A stretch of 63,677 nt of DNA, counting the filler. It is 6 parts of 6 records of this genome, joined end to end, with 100 filler letters (N's around TTAATTAATTAA, not from the genome) between each part and the next. Parts side by side here need not be neighbours in the genome. Positions count along the whole stretch, not along the records: positions 37,701 to 46,823 come from SRR22947725_1119; positions 46,924 to 63,677 come from SRR22947725_1122; 4 more parts are not named here. One strand, 5' to 3'. Shown piece by piece: positions 39,044-48,058 of this stretch. Under the pieces are notes generated by a model that saw only the letters and a list, made by a program, of their open reading frames with translations, made no database searches and was not told the origin of the DNA. The position numbers and the translations under genes are program-made. Each line of letters begins with the position of its first letter. Position 1 is the first letter of the stretch.

Positions 39044-40285
39044 TTTTTTTACGCCAAGTATTTCACTTAAAGAATCCGAAAATTCTACAGTACCATCTGC
39101 AAGTTGATTATTTTCAATTAGAGCAATCAAAATTCTGCCAACAGCAAGAGCTGTTCCGTTAAGTGTGTGCATTGTTGTAGTATTTCCATCTATTTTTGTG
39201 CGAATATTAAGTCTTCGAGCTTGAAAGTCTGTGGTATTGGAACAAGAGGTCACTTCCCTATAGTTTTGTTGGCTTGGTATCCAAGCTTCAATATCATATT
39301 TCTTTGCTGCTGACGCACCTAAATCTCCTGTACAAACGTCTACAACCCTGTAGGGTATTTCTAGCTCCTGAAGTATTTCTTCTTCAACGGATAGTAAGTA
39401 TTCGTGTTCTTCTTTAGATTTTTCAGGATTGCAAAACGAAAACATCTCTACTTTATCAAACTGATGAACCCTAAATATACCCGTGGTATCTTTTCCATAA
39501 GTACCAGCTTCTCTTCTAAAACATGTTGAAAATCCTGCGTATCGAAGTGGTAATGATTCAAAATCTAAAATTTCATTAGAGTGAAGAGCTGCAAGAGGAA
39601 CCTCTGAAGTCCCAACAAGATATAAATCATCTTTTGGAATTTCATATACCTGCTCTGCGTCATCAGGAAAGAACCCAGTCCCAAATAGTGCTTCCTCTCT
39701 AACTAATACTGGTGGAACAGTGGGGGTAAAGTCTTTATCTGATAACTTATCCATAACCCAAGACACAAGGTTTAGTTCAATTTTTACAAGATCTCCAAAA
39801 ATATATGAAAACCTAGAACCAGATACTTCAGCAGCTTTCTCAACATTAATTAAATTTAGATTTTCGCCAATTTCAAGGTGATTTTTTATATCATTTAAAT
39901 CTTTTACGTTTCCAACTTTTTTTATTTCTAGATTGTCCTGATCTGTTTTTCCTGTTGGAGATGATTCGTCCACTAAATTTGGTATTTTTATCCACTGATC
40001 AAAAAATAATTTTTCTTCCTGTTCGTATTTTTCATTTAGGAGTTTTACATTTTCGCTTAATTCAGAAGCTTTTTTCAAAAGTTTTTCTTTTTGGGTTCCT
40101 TCTGTTTGAGAAATCTCTTTACCAATATTTTTTTGCTCTGACCTAGCTTGTTCAGCTTCAAATTTAACTTTTCTTCTTTCTTCATCTTGTTCAACTAAAT
40201 AATTTATATCTATATCAAGACCTCTTCTGCTTATATTGTTTTTTAAGAGGTCTAAATCTTTCCTTAGTATTTGTGGATCTAGCAT
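39029..40285 (-). CDS. serS: Serine--tRNA ligase
   Basis: GTSEVP, CFRREAG, FRVHQFDKVE, EVTSCSN, HTLNGT. Confidence 0.96.
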   Translation of the reverse strand: MLDPQILRKDLDLLKNNISRRGLDIDINYLVEQDEERRKVKFEAEQARSEQKNIGKEISQTEGTQKEKLLKKASELSENVKLLNEKYEQEEKLFFDQWIKIPNLVDESSPTGKTDQDNLEIKKVGNVKDLNDIKNHLEIGENLNLINVEKAAEVSGSRFSYIFGDLVKIELNLVSWVMDKLSDKDFTPTVPPVLVREEALFGTGFFPDDAEQVYEIPKDDLYLVGTSEVPLAALHSNEILDFESLPLRYAGFSTCFRREAGTYGKDTTGIFRVHQFDKVEMFSFCNPEKSKEEHEYLLSVEEEILQELEIPYRVVDVCTGDLGASAAKKYDIEAWIPSQQNYREVTSCSNTTDFQARRLNIRTKIDGNTTTMHTLNGTALAVGRILIALIENNQLADGTVEFSDSLSEILGVKKLSKK

Positions 40286-40288
40286 ACG

Positions 40289-41278
40289 CTATTCCTCAGG
40301 TGGGATAAACCCAGATATCGTGAGCAAATTATCATCAAGTTCTTCTTCATTATCAATCTCTTCAATTTTAATAAACCATTCGTATAAAATACCGGGTTCA
40401 AGTTCAATAGTATCACTAAAATAACTTTTACTTTGGAACGCACCTATTGAACTTATCTTAGCTCTTTTTTCAAAAACAGAATCGCCAAACTCGTCAGTTA
40501 CCAAAACTAACAAAATGACATCAAACTCTTCAACATTGCCTTCGTTAGCTATAACTACTTGGATACCTATAGGTTCTTTTAAAAATACTCGAAAGTTGTC
40601 TTCTGTTACAGCAATTGGACTAGGAGAAAATTGAACACCTGTAATTGCAACATCCCTTCTTAAAAACAGTCCTTCTGCTGAATCCCTAGCTTTTTTCACT
40701 ATTAAGTCAGCAAAATTAAATGCGCTACCTTCTAATCCGGTATATTTGACGGGATAAAAAACTGGTAGAAATAAGTTGTCTTCTCTTGATCTTTGAGATA
40801 TTTTTTGAACAAATTCTTCATAGGCTTTATCTCCGATTGATAAATCAATAATACTTTGAGCTAGGGCCTCTTCTATTTTTAATGAGTCTGGATTATCTAT
40901 TAATGTAATTATTGATATCTGAAACGTCTCGAGGCCTTTCAACCAAGAAGAAGTTGCAATATTCAATAGTTCTTTTTCTGCACTAACGAACTCTCCTCCA
41001 ATATTTTGAACTAAATTAAAAGTTTCTTGAGCATCTTTTACAAGTGCTGACAAAATATTCTCAAATTCATCACGATTAATTTCATTAAAGTTTAGAACTT
41101 TTTCAAACTCTTTTGAAGCTTCACTGTGGACTAAAGATACTGAGGAAGCATCCTCGAGAAATTTATTAAGATCAGAAGAATTGTTAAAGTTCTCATAGTA
41201 GTTTAACCCAAAGAAGGAAAGTAAAAATATTACTCCAATGAGGCCTATGGTTCTTATTGTTTTTATTCGTCTATTCAT
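40289..41278 (-). CDS. Membrane-anchored hypothetical protein: helical region plus C-terminal CARDB/Ig-like domain
   Basis: One N-terminal TM helix; C-terminal DVAITGVQF..VVIANEGN..EELDDN pattern. Start re-called at 41278. Confidence 0.55.
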   Translation of the reverse strand: MNRRIKTIRTIGLIGVIFLLSFFGLNYYENFNNSSDLNKFLEDASSVSLVHSEASKEFEKVLNFNEINRDEFENILSALVKDAQETFNLVQNIGGEFVSAEKELLNIATSSWLKGLETFQISIITLIDNPDSLKIEEALAQSIIDLSIGDKAYEEFVQKISQRSREDNLFLPVFYPVKYTGLEGSAFNFADLIVKKARDSAEGLFLRRDVAITGVQFSPSPIAVTEDNFRVFLKEPIGIQVVIANEGNVEEFDVILLVLVTDEFGDSVFEKRAKISSIGAFQSKSYFSDTIELEPGILYEWFIKIEEIDNEEELDDNLLTISGFIPPEE

Positions 41279-41341
41279 ATTAATTTCTTCTTTATACAGT
41301 CTAAGAAAACAAATATATTTCACAACTAAGATTATTACTGA

Positions 41342-42001
41342 ATGAAGAATATTAGATTAGTTTGGTCGGTTAGGACTGAATGTGGTCCAAATCGAAAAAA
41401 AAATGAAGACTCAGTTTTTCCGGCAAAATCCGGTAGTGGAGATCTTCCATTCAAAGCAGCAGTTTGTGATGGACTAGGTGGTCATGTTAATGGTGACATA
41501 GCAAGTAAAATTGCAGTAAAAGAGATGGGTACAGATTCAAGTAATTTAGTTGACACAATTACCTCTGCAAATCTAAAGATTTTGGAATACCAAAACGAAA
41601 ATAATAAATCTAATGGTATGGGAACTACTATGACAGCTATAAATATTGATAAAAATGGCCTTATGGAGATTGGCCATATTGGAGATACTCGTTGTTATGT
41701 CCTATCTGATAGAAAGCTTATTCAACTCACACAAGATCATAATGTTCCAGGTTTTCAAAATATACTAGAGAAAGCACTCGGATCAAATGAAAAAATTGAG
41801 GTTGAACATCAAGATTTTCAATTAAAAAATGGGGATGTTGTACTGCTTTGTAGTGACGGGCTTTACAATGAATTTAGTGATGAGTACTTAAAGAAAAAGC
41901 TACAGGAAGGTATTAGTGCTGACACATTAGTTGGTGAAGTTTTAATTCAAAAACCAAAAGATAACGTTTCAGCAGTTGTTATAAATATATTTGAGAAATG
42001 A
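41342..42001 (+). CDS. PP2C-family Ser/Thr protein phosphatase (PstP/Stp1-like, soluble)
   Basis: RKKNED, VCDGLGGH..G, GMGTT, HIGDTR, LLCSDGL, DNVS. Confidence 0.92.
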   Translation: MKNIRLVWSVRTECGPNRKKNEDSVFPAKSGSGDLPFKAAVCDGLGGHVNGDIASKIAVKEMGTDSSNLVDTITSANLKILEYQNENNKSNGMGTTMTAINIDKNGLMEIGHIGDTRCYVLSDRKLIQLTQDHNVPGFQNILEKALGSNEKIEVEHQDFQLKNGDVVLLCSDGLYNEFSDEYLKKKLQEGISADTLVGEVLIQKPKDNVSAVVINIFEK

Positions 42002-43767
42002 ATATTGGACAAATTATAAAAGATAGATATAAAATTCTAGAACTTCTTGGTGAAGGTGGGATGGCATTTGTCTACAAAGCTGAAGATAGGCAGCTCAAAA
42101 GAACAGTTGCAATTAAAACTCTTAAACCAAACTATGTTCAACAGGAGACATTTGTTGAAAGGTTTAAGAGAGAAGCTCAAACGGTTGCTAATTTAAATCA
42201 TCCAAATATTGTTCAGATTTTTGACTGGGGAATTGAGGATGAGCCTTTTTTTGTGATGGAGTATATTGAAGGAAACACACTCACATCAATAATTGCTAAG
42301 AAAAAAACAATAAGCATAGGAGATATTTTATTTATTGGTGCTCAAGTATCTGACGGATTGCAAGCTGCACATAATCGAGGTTTGGTACATAGAGATATTA
42401 AACCAGGAAACATAATGATTACCCCGGGTGGGAAAGTGAAGGTGACTGATTTTGGAATTGTCTCAATTCAGAATGAAGATAGTGACATCACCAAAACAGG
42501 ATCTATTTTAGGAACAGCAAGTTACATTTCTCCAGAACAAGCTCAAGGGAAGCCCGTGTCTGTAGAATCTGATTTATATTCTCTAGGTACTGTTATGTAT
42601 GAACTAATTACAGGTAGGCCGCCTTTTGAAGGCGAAACACCTATAGCGACAGCAACAAAACATTTAACTGAGAAACCAAAAAAATTAAGCCTGTACAGAA
42701 AAGATATTCCTAAAGGCCTAGAAAATGCTGTTCTAAAATTACTACATAAATATCCAAAAGATAGATACAAAAATGCTGAGGATCTAAGAGCGGTTCTCTT
42801 ACAGCAAAGAAAACAGTTGCAGATGCAGGAAACGCAAGAAAACCTTGTAAGTTTGACAAATCCTAAAATCAAATTTAGATTTACTTTTCCAGCGTTAATT
42901 CTATCAATAGGTCTCGTGTTTGGTACAGTTTGGGGTCTTTCACAGATATTCAATGGCTTACCCGCAGATGGTGGTTCTCCAGCAATAATAGAGATACCTG
43001 ATTTAACAGGTAGTAGCCAAACCCAAGCACTGACTGACCTTCAGCAGCTAGGATTCAAGGTTGGAATTGAAAATGCTGCTCACCCAACAGTGCCAGCAGG
43101 TGCCGTTATTCGGACACAGCCTTTGGCAAATACTATTACAAATCCAGATACACTTGTAACAATTATCGTATCAGTTGGACAGGAAGCTTTCCCAATACCC
43201 TATGTAATTGACCTGGAGACAGATAGGGCAATTTATGTAATCGAAGAAAGTGGATTTTCTATTGGCCAGCAGTTAGAGGTAAATGACGACAATGTTCCAA
43301 GAGGCTTTATTATTTCACAAAATCCAGTGGCAGGTAAAAAAATGAGTCCAGGATCAACTGTAGATTTAGTAATTTCATCAGGACCTAGTTTGATTGAAAT
43401 TAGTGACCTTTCTAGAAAGTCACCAGAAGATGCAACACAAATTCTAGAAACACTTGGCTTTGAATATGAAATAGTAGAAGAATACTCTGAGGAAGTAAGT
43501 GAAGGGCTAGTTTCTCACACAACTCCAAAAGCTGGAGAAATAGTTACCCCTCAGGAAGTTATTACAGTTATCGTATCTCTTGGTTTGAAAGCAGAAGTCC
43601 CAAACTTAATTGGTTACACATACCAAGAAGCGTCCAACATACTCCAAGAAATAGGTTTGTTGCCATCAGCTAGTGGTGATACTGGAGGAAGAGTTACAAG
43701 TCAAAACCCCGAAGAAGGTCAATTTTTAGATCCTGAGGGATTTGTAGAACTTAGCTTTGACAGTTAA
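41998..43767 (+). CDS. pknB: PASTA-domain Ser/Thr kinase
   Basis: LGEGGMA, VAIK, HRDIKPGN, DFG, SPEQ; a TM helix; about four PASTA repeats (IPDLTG, IPYVID, ISDLSR, VPNLIG). Confidence 0.93.
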   Translation: MNIGQIIKDRYKILELLGEGGMAFVYKAEDRQLKRTVAIKTLKPNYVQQETFVERFKREAQTVANLNHPNIVQIFDWGIEDEPFFVMEYIEGNTLTSIIAKKKTISIGDILFIGAQVSDGLQAAHNRGLVHRDIKPGNIMITPGGKVKVTDFGIVSIQNEDSDITKTGSILGTASYISPEQAQGKPVSVESDLYSLGTVMYELITGRPPFEGETPIATATKHLTEKPKKLSLYRKDIPKGLENAVLKLLHKYPKDRYKNAEDLRAVLLQQRKQLQMQETQENLVSLTNPKIKFRFTFPALILSIGLVFGTVWGLSQIFNGLPADGGSPAIIEIPDLTGSSQTQALTDLQQLGFKVGIENAAHPTVPAGAVIRTQPLANTITNPDTLVTIIVSVGQEAFPIPYVIDLETDRAIYVIEESGFSIGQQLEVNDDNVPRGFIISQNPVAGKKMSPGSTVDLVISSGPSLIEISDLSRKSPEDATQILETLGFEYEIVEEYSEEVSEGLVSHTTPKAGEIVTPQEVITVIVSLGLKAEVPNLIGYTYQEASNILQEIGLLPSASGDTGGRVTSQNPEEGQFLDPEGFVELSFDS

Positions 43768-44596
43768 CATATCTTTTTTTAAGAAAGAATTAAAGAAATG
43801 GTATAAAGAAAACCATAGATCTTTTACTTGGAGAAGCACAACGGACCCTTGGAAGATACTCTTGATTGAAACTCTCTCACAGCAAACACAGTTAGAAAGA
43901 GCAAATGACTTCTACAAGCGATTTATTGACAGATACCCAACTCCCCAAAAGATGGCAAACGATAGTAAAAAAGAGGTTTTAAAACTGTGGTCTGGATTAG
44001 GGTATAACAATAGAGCAATACGACTCCATGAAACTTCAAAAATTTTAGCAAAAACTAGCTTTAAAGAGCTGTATCCCAATTTTTCAGTTCTTCCAGGTGT
44101 AGGGAGCTATACAAACTCTGCACTACTCAGCTTTGCATATGGTAAAAAAGTTATTGCAGTAGATACAAACATTAAAAGAATCTTTCAACGATTTTTTAAA
44201 GTTCAAGAAAAAGATATTGATAACTTCATAAAGAAAAATCAAAATTTACTTTTAAGGGGATTCGATTCTAGAGATTTTAACCAAGCGTTAATGGATCTTG
44301 GTTCGACTGTTTGTAAAAGTAAACAACCAAAATGTTTTAGCTGTCCTTTAGAAGAGAATTGTAATAAGTTCATTACTGAAAATAATAAAAATCAACAAAA
44401 ATTTGAGGGTTCATTTAGACAAAAAAGAGGTTTGGTTTTAAAAATCTTGTTATCTAGAGAAAAAGTGACCAAACAAATGATTGAAGAAGAGTTGAAGTTA
44501 AACAATGAGGTAGCTGGTGAAGTACTTGACTCCCTTGTTAGGGATGGTTTAATTGAATTTTCTAGAAATAAATTTATTGTAATAAACGATAATTAG
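43757..44596 (+). CDS. mutY: A/G-specific adenine glycosylase (short actinobacterial type)
   Basis: QQTQ, WSGLGY..RA, LPGVGSYT, VDTN, [4Fe-4S] motif C-x6-C-x2-C-x5-C, FEGSFRQKRG tail. Confidence 0.88.
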   Translation: MTVNISFFKKELKKWYKENHRSFTWRSTTDPWKILLIETLSQQTQLERANDFYKRFIDRYPTPQKMANDSKKEVLKLWSGLGYNNRAIRLHETSKILAKTSFKELYPNFSVLPGVGSYTNSALLSFAYGKKVIAVDTNIKRIFQRFFKVQEKDIDNFIKKNQNLLLRGFDSRDFNQALMDLGSTVCKSKQPKCFSCPLEENCNKFITENNKNQQKFEGSFRQKRGLVLKILLSREKVTKQMIEEELKLNNEVAGEVLDSLVRDGLIEFSRNKFIVINDN

Positions 44597-44611
44597 TTTA
44601 CACTTTTCAAT

Positions 44612-44866
44612 ATGCCAGTATCAAAAAAAAGAATTAAGAACTCAAAACCAACACAATCTAAGAAGATATCAAATCAACTTAGTGGTGATAAAGGACCTTC
44701 TCCAAGATGGTTTGTTATAACCATGAGCTCTTTGATGATTATAGGTGTTTTGATGATAGTACTGAACTATCTTACAATTCTTCCAGGCTCAGTATCAAGA
44801 TGGTATTTGTGGGGAGGTCTAGGTATGATCGGTGCTGGTTTCTTAATGACGACAGAGTATCGTTAA
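44612..44866 (+). CDS. crgA: Cell division protein CrgA
   Basis: MPVSKKR..PSPRW, two TM helices, GFLMTTEYR end; near pknB as in Actinomycetota. Confidence 0.85.
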   Translation: MPVSKKRIKNSKPTQSKKISNQLSGDKGPSPRWFVITMSSLMIIGVLMIVLNYLTILPGSVSRWYLWGGLGMIGAGFLMTTEYR

Positions 44867-44905
44867 AAAAACTATTATTAATAAAAATTGAGAATTGGTC
44901 TAAAT

Positions 44906-46357
44906 TTAAAGCAAACCCTCATCTTTAAGCTCTTCAATTGTCTGTTCTAAATACAAAGTTGAGTCAAAATGAACCATTACTTTATCTAAAAAAGATTTTC
45001 CTCCATTTTGGTTAAACCAGCTAATACGAGTTCTTCTGAGTAAATAATCTGTAGGTTTAACAACACAGTAGTGATTTAGGCATAGCTGTAAGTCCTTATA
45101 GTTAAACTGACTTTCAAGATTTAAGATACTGTCAACAAACTCTTGTTTGTTTAGCTCAAAATTTTGAGAAAAAAGTTGTTCAAGACTTTCTTTTGCAATA
45201 ACTCTAAAACCTGTAAGCTTACCTCCTGAAATTTGTATAAAGTTTTCATCTATATTTTTATAGAAATGTCCTCTAGAAATATTCTTAGAATTTGTACCAG
45301 AGCTGTCTATTAATGCTCTCAAACCAGTCCAGGAAGAAATATATTTAACCTCGTCGATATTAAAGTATTTTTTTATGTGCCTTATTAAATAGTCTTTGTC
45401 TTTAGAGTTTGCATACGGTCTATCTAATGAACCTGAAAATTCTTCTGTATCAGTTGTACCAACGATTGTATTTCCTGTCCAAGGTAAAACAAACATAACT
45501 CTATTGTCTTCAGTTTGAGGTAAAAGAACACCATTTTTACCAATCCCTAGGGGGTCCCCCTCTAAAATTAAGTGTGCTCCTCCACTTAGTTTAATTTTGG
45601 AAGATTTACTCTCGTACATTCCAGGTAAATTATGAACACCTGTAGCAGCAATTATCTTCTTGGACTCAACCGTATATTTTTTTTTATTTATATCGTCTAT
45701 TAGTGAAACTTTATACATGTCACCAGTTCTAATAATGTCGGTTATTTTTACATAATTTAGTGCAGTTGCATTATTTATTTCTACAGCATTTCTTAGCAAT
45801 GTGAGTACTAATTTTGCATCTTCTGTTTGCGCATCTTGGAAAATGAAACTTTTTGTTAATTTGTTTTTTTTGAGTTTAGGAAATAAACGAAATGTATCTT
45901 CTTTTGATATCAAAGTATGTCTTTGATCCTTTTTGCGTTGGCCCAAGAAATCATAAAGAGTTAGTCCGATTTTAAAGGCTATTGGTGCAATAAAATTTGA
46001 TTGTAATATTCTTGGTAAATCTGAGAAGCCGTTGTCTTTAAAAACTGGTGCTAAAAGCTTTAAAGGTTTGTAAAGCTTACCTAAAACTTGTTCTAATATT
46101 TTCTGTTCTTTTAAACTCTCTCTAACCAACCCAAACTGCAGCTGTGGTAAATATCTAATTCCTCCGTGTAGAAGCTTTGTACTTCTACTGGAAGCACCCG
46201 AAGAAAAATCATTTTTTTCAATTAATAAAGAATTGATACCCTGGCTTGCAGCTAACTCCAAGATAGCTGAACCAACTACTCCACCTCCTATTACTAAAAG
46301 TTCAAATTTATTATTTTCTTCTAGTGAGTGTATTTGATCAAGTCTAGAAAAGTTCAT
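44906..46357 (-). CDS. glpD: FAD-dependent glycerol-3-phosphate dehydrogenase/oxidase
   Basis: VIGGGVVG, DFSSGASSRSTKLLHGGIRYL, GTTD, GLRAL, SRGH, GGKLT. Confidence 0.88.
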   Translation of the reverse strand: MNFSRLDQIHSLEENNKFELLVIGGGVVGSAILELAASQGINSLLIEKNDFSSGASSRSTKLLHGGIRYLPQLQFGLVRESLKEQKILEQVLGKLYKPLKLLAPVFKDNGFSDLPRILQSNFIAPIAFKIGLTLYDFLGQRKKDQRHTLISKEDTFRLFPKLKKNKLTKSFIFQDAQTEDAKLVLTLLRNAVEINNATALNYVKITDIIRTGDMYKVSLIDDINKKKYTVESKKIIAATGVHNLPGMYESKSSKIKLSGGAHLILEGDPLGIGKNGVLLPQTEDNRVMFVLPWTGNTIVGTTDTEEFSGSLDRPYANSKDKDYLIRHIKKYFNIDEVKYISSWTGLRALIDSSGTNSKNISRGHFYKNIDENFIQISGGKLTGFRVIAKESLEQLFSQNFELNKQEFVDSILNLESQFNYKDLQLCLNHYCVVKPTDYLLRRTRISWFNQNGGKSFLDKVMVHFDSTLYLEQTIEELKDEGLL

Positions 46358-46587
46358 TAATCTAAGGCGTGCATTTCTTCCTTACAGTGCTTGGGGGGAT
46401 CGTTAGCAACAACTGATTGGAGTTTAATTGTTAATTCTGTTCCACAGATGTTACATCGAAAATCTTGTAAGGTTTCAAGGACATCTTCTGGATCAATTTC
46501 TGGAGGAGTACTAGCTAATGAAGAAATTGAATTACTTAAGAACCTAAATACTAAGTATCCAATTAATAAAGCTATTAAATATTCCAT
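46357..46587 (-). CDS. Small membrane-anchored putative zinc-ribbon protein
   Basis: N-terminal TM helix, CNICGTE..PKHCKEEM; its stop abuts the glpD start. Confidence 0.65.
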   Translation of the reverse strand: MEYLIALLIGYLVFRFLSNSISSLASTPPEIDPEDVLETLQDFRCNICGTELTIKLQSVVANDPPKHCKEEMHALD

Positions 46588-46608
46588 AATTAGATTTTAG
46601 CTATGTTG

Positions 46609-46681
46609 TGGAGATGATGGGACTTGAACCCACGACCCCCTGCTTGCAAAGCAGGTGCTCTTCCAGCTGAGCTACATCCCC
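46609..46681 (-). tRNA. tRNA-Ala(TGC)
   Basis: Reverse complement GGGGATGTAGCTCAGCTGGAAGAGCA-CCTGC-TT-TGC-AA-GCAGG..GGTTCAAGTCC..CATCTCCA. Confidence 0.95.
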
Positions 46682-46770
46682 TCGCTTTTAATATTATGCC
46701 TCGGATTTCAATGTAAATGAAAAAATTTTATAAATATTTTCAATTTGTTACTAATGTAAATAAGACGTAA

Positions 46771-46823
46771 GGGCCTATAGCTCAGCCTGGTTAGAGCGCA
46801 TCCCTGATAAGGATGAGGTCGCT
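46771..46823 (+). tRNA. tRNA-Ile(GAT), truncated by contig end
   Basis: GGGCCTATAGCTCAGCCTGGTTAGAGCG-CATCC-CT-GAT-AA-GGATG-AGGTC. Confidence 0.9.
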
Positions 46824-46923
46824 NNNNNNNNNNNNNNNNNNNNNNNNNNNNNNNNNNNNNNNNNNNNTTAATTAATTAANNNNNNNNNNNNNNNNNNNNN
46901 NNNNNNNNNNNNNNNNNNNNNNN
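46824..46923. other. Artificial contig linker
   Basis: 44N-TTAATTAATTAA-44N. Confidence 0.97.
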
Positions 46924-46972
46924 GTGCATAATTGCCCAACTAAATTTGTATTAATAAAGTGACTTTATTAAA

Positions 46973-47935
46973 TTAAATATGCTCTAAGTTACGAGATTTT
47001 TCAGAACGCAAATGCAAGAAGAAAAAATAAGTTGCTATAGCGCTTAGCATATGCCAAATACCATGAGCTTGAATAATAGAATCTGGATTACAGTTTACGT
47101 TATCAGATGTTCCTGTTAGCCATATAGCAAAAGCAGACATATAAGCTAACATACCTAAAAAATACCATTTATAGGTTCTTACCCCTAATGGTTTTTTGTC
47201 TGCCAATAAACCAGGAAGCCAAAATAAAAATACCCACCAGAAAGATTCTGGATTTGCCAATATATCTCCAACTGTCGTTCCAAAAAGAAACAGAACTAAA
47301 AAGCCAACAAAACCTGATAAAAACCTATTGATAGGTGACCAAAATTTATATAAAAACTCTGATATAACCCAAAGACCAATAGAAGTACCAAATAAATTAA
47401 AACCTATACCTAAATCCCAAGAGGTAAACCATCTAGTTACTGAGTAAATAAGAACAATTGAAAAATATACTTTTATTAGTCTTGGTGCTGACCATCTGCC
47501 CATTAACGATACGTTGTATAGCCATGGGAATATTATGTACATAATCATGCTTAAGTTATCAGCCCACCCACCCCATTCAGTATTGGTTCCATGCATTAAC
47601 ATTGAACCAGGACCAAGCCACCATGCTGCAGATGCATATAAAATGGAGATAGGAGTTAATCCTATGAATTTATTATTAGAAGAAGTGTCTTCATTTGATA
47701 TGACCCAAAAAATATATAGGCCAACAACCATAAAACCTAAATTGCTTAAAGTATTAACAGGCTCTCTAAAAGCTCCATCACTAACCCTTTCACACCATCT
47801 TGATGCTTCACCAATAAGGCTGGTATCAGATGAGTTGATTAATCCAGACAAACCTAGGACATAAAAAACAGTTAGAAAAATTACTGAAGTATAAAAAGTA
47901 ATATAAAATGGATTAGGTTTTTTAAAATTTAACAA
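46973..47935 (-). CDS. Alkaline-ceramidase-like integral membrane hydrolase (CREST superfamily)
   Basis: WCE..EPVNTLSN, SxxxH (GSMLMH), WADN, HxxxH (HGIWH), many TM helices. Confidence 0.75.
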   Translation of the reverse strand: MLNFKKPNPFYITFYTSVIFLTVFYVLGLSGLINSSDTSLIGEASRWCERVSDGAFREPVNTLSNLGFMVVGLYIFWVISNEDTSSNNKFIGLTPISILYASAAWWLGPGSMLMHGTNTEWGGWADNLSMIMYIIFPWLYNVSLMGRWSAPRLIKVYFSIVLIYSVTRWFTSWDLGIGFNLFGTSIGLWVISEFLYKFWSPINRFLSGFVGFLVLFLFGTTVGDILANPESFWWVFLFWLPGLLADKKPLGVRTYKWYFLGMLAYMSAFAIWLTGTSDNVNCNPDSIIQAHGIWHMLSAIATYFFFLHLRSEKSRNLEHI

Positions 47936-48017
47936 AGACTAGTTCCTATGTTGATAAAAATGTTTATATATAAATAATATACAAATTTTTAATACATACA
48001 ATAGGTTAAATTTTTAG

Positions 48018-48043
48018 AAAAAAAGGGCTCTTGATGAGCCCTT
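48018..48043 (-). terminator. Intrinsic terminator after etfBA
   Basis: AAGGGCTC-TTGAT-GAGCCCTT stem; the A7 run is the U-tract on the minus strand. Confidence 0.75.
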
Positions 48044-48058
48044 GAAAATTTATAGATC

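Noticed and set aside
43757..44596. MutY lacking the C-terminal NUDIX-like domain
   Set aside because: Short MutY with an FEGSxRQxRG tail is the usual actinobacterial form.
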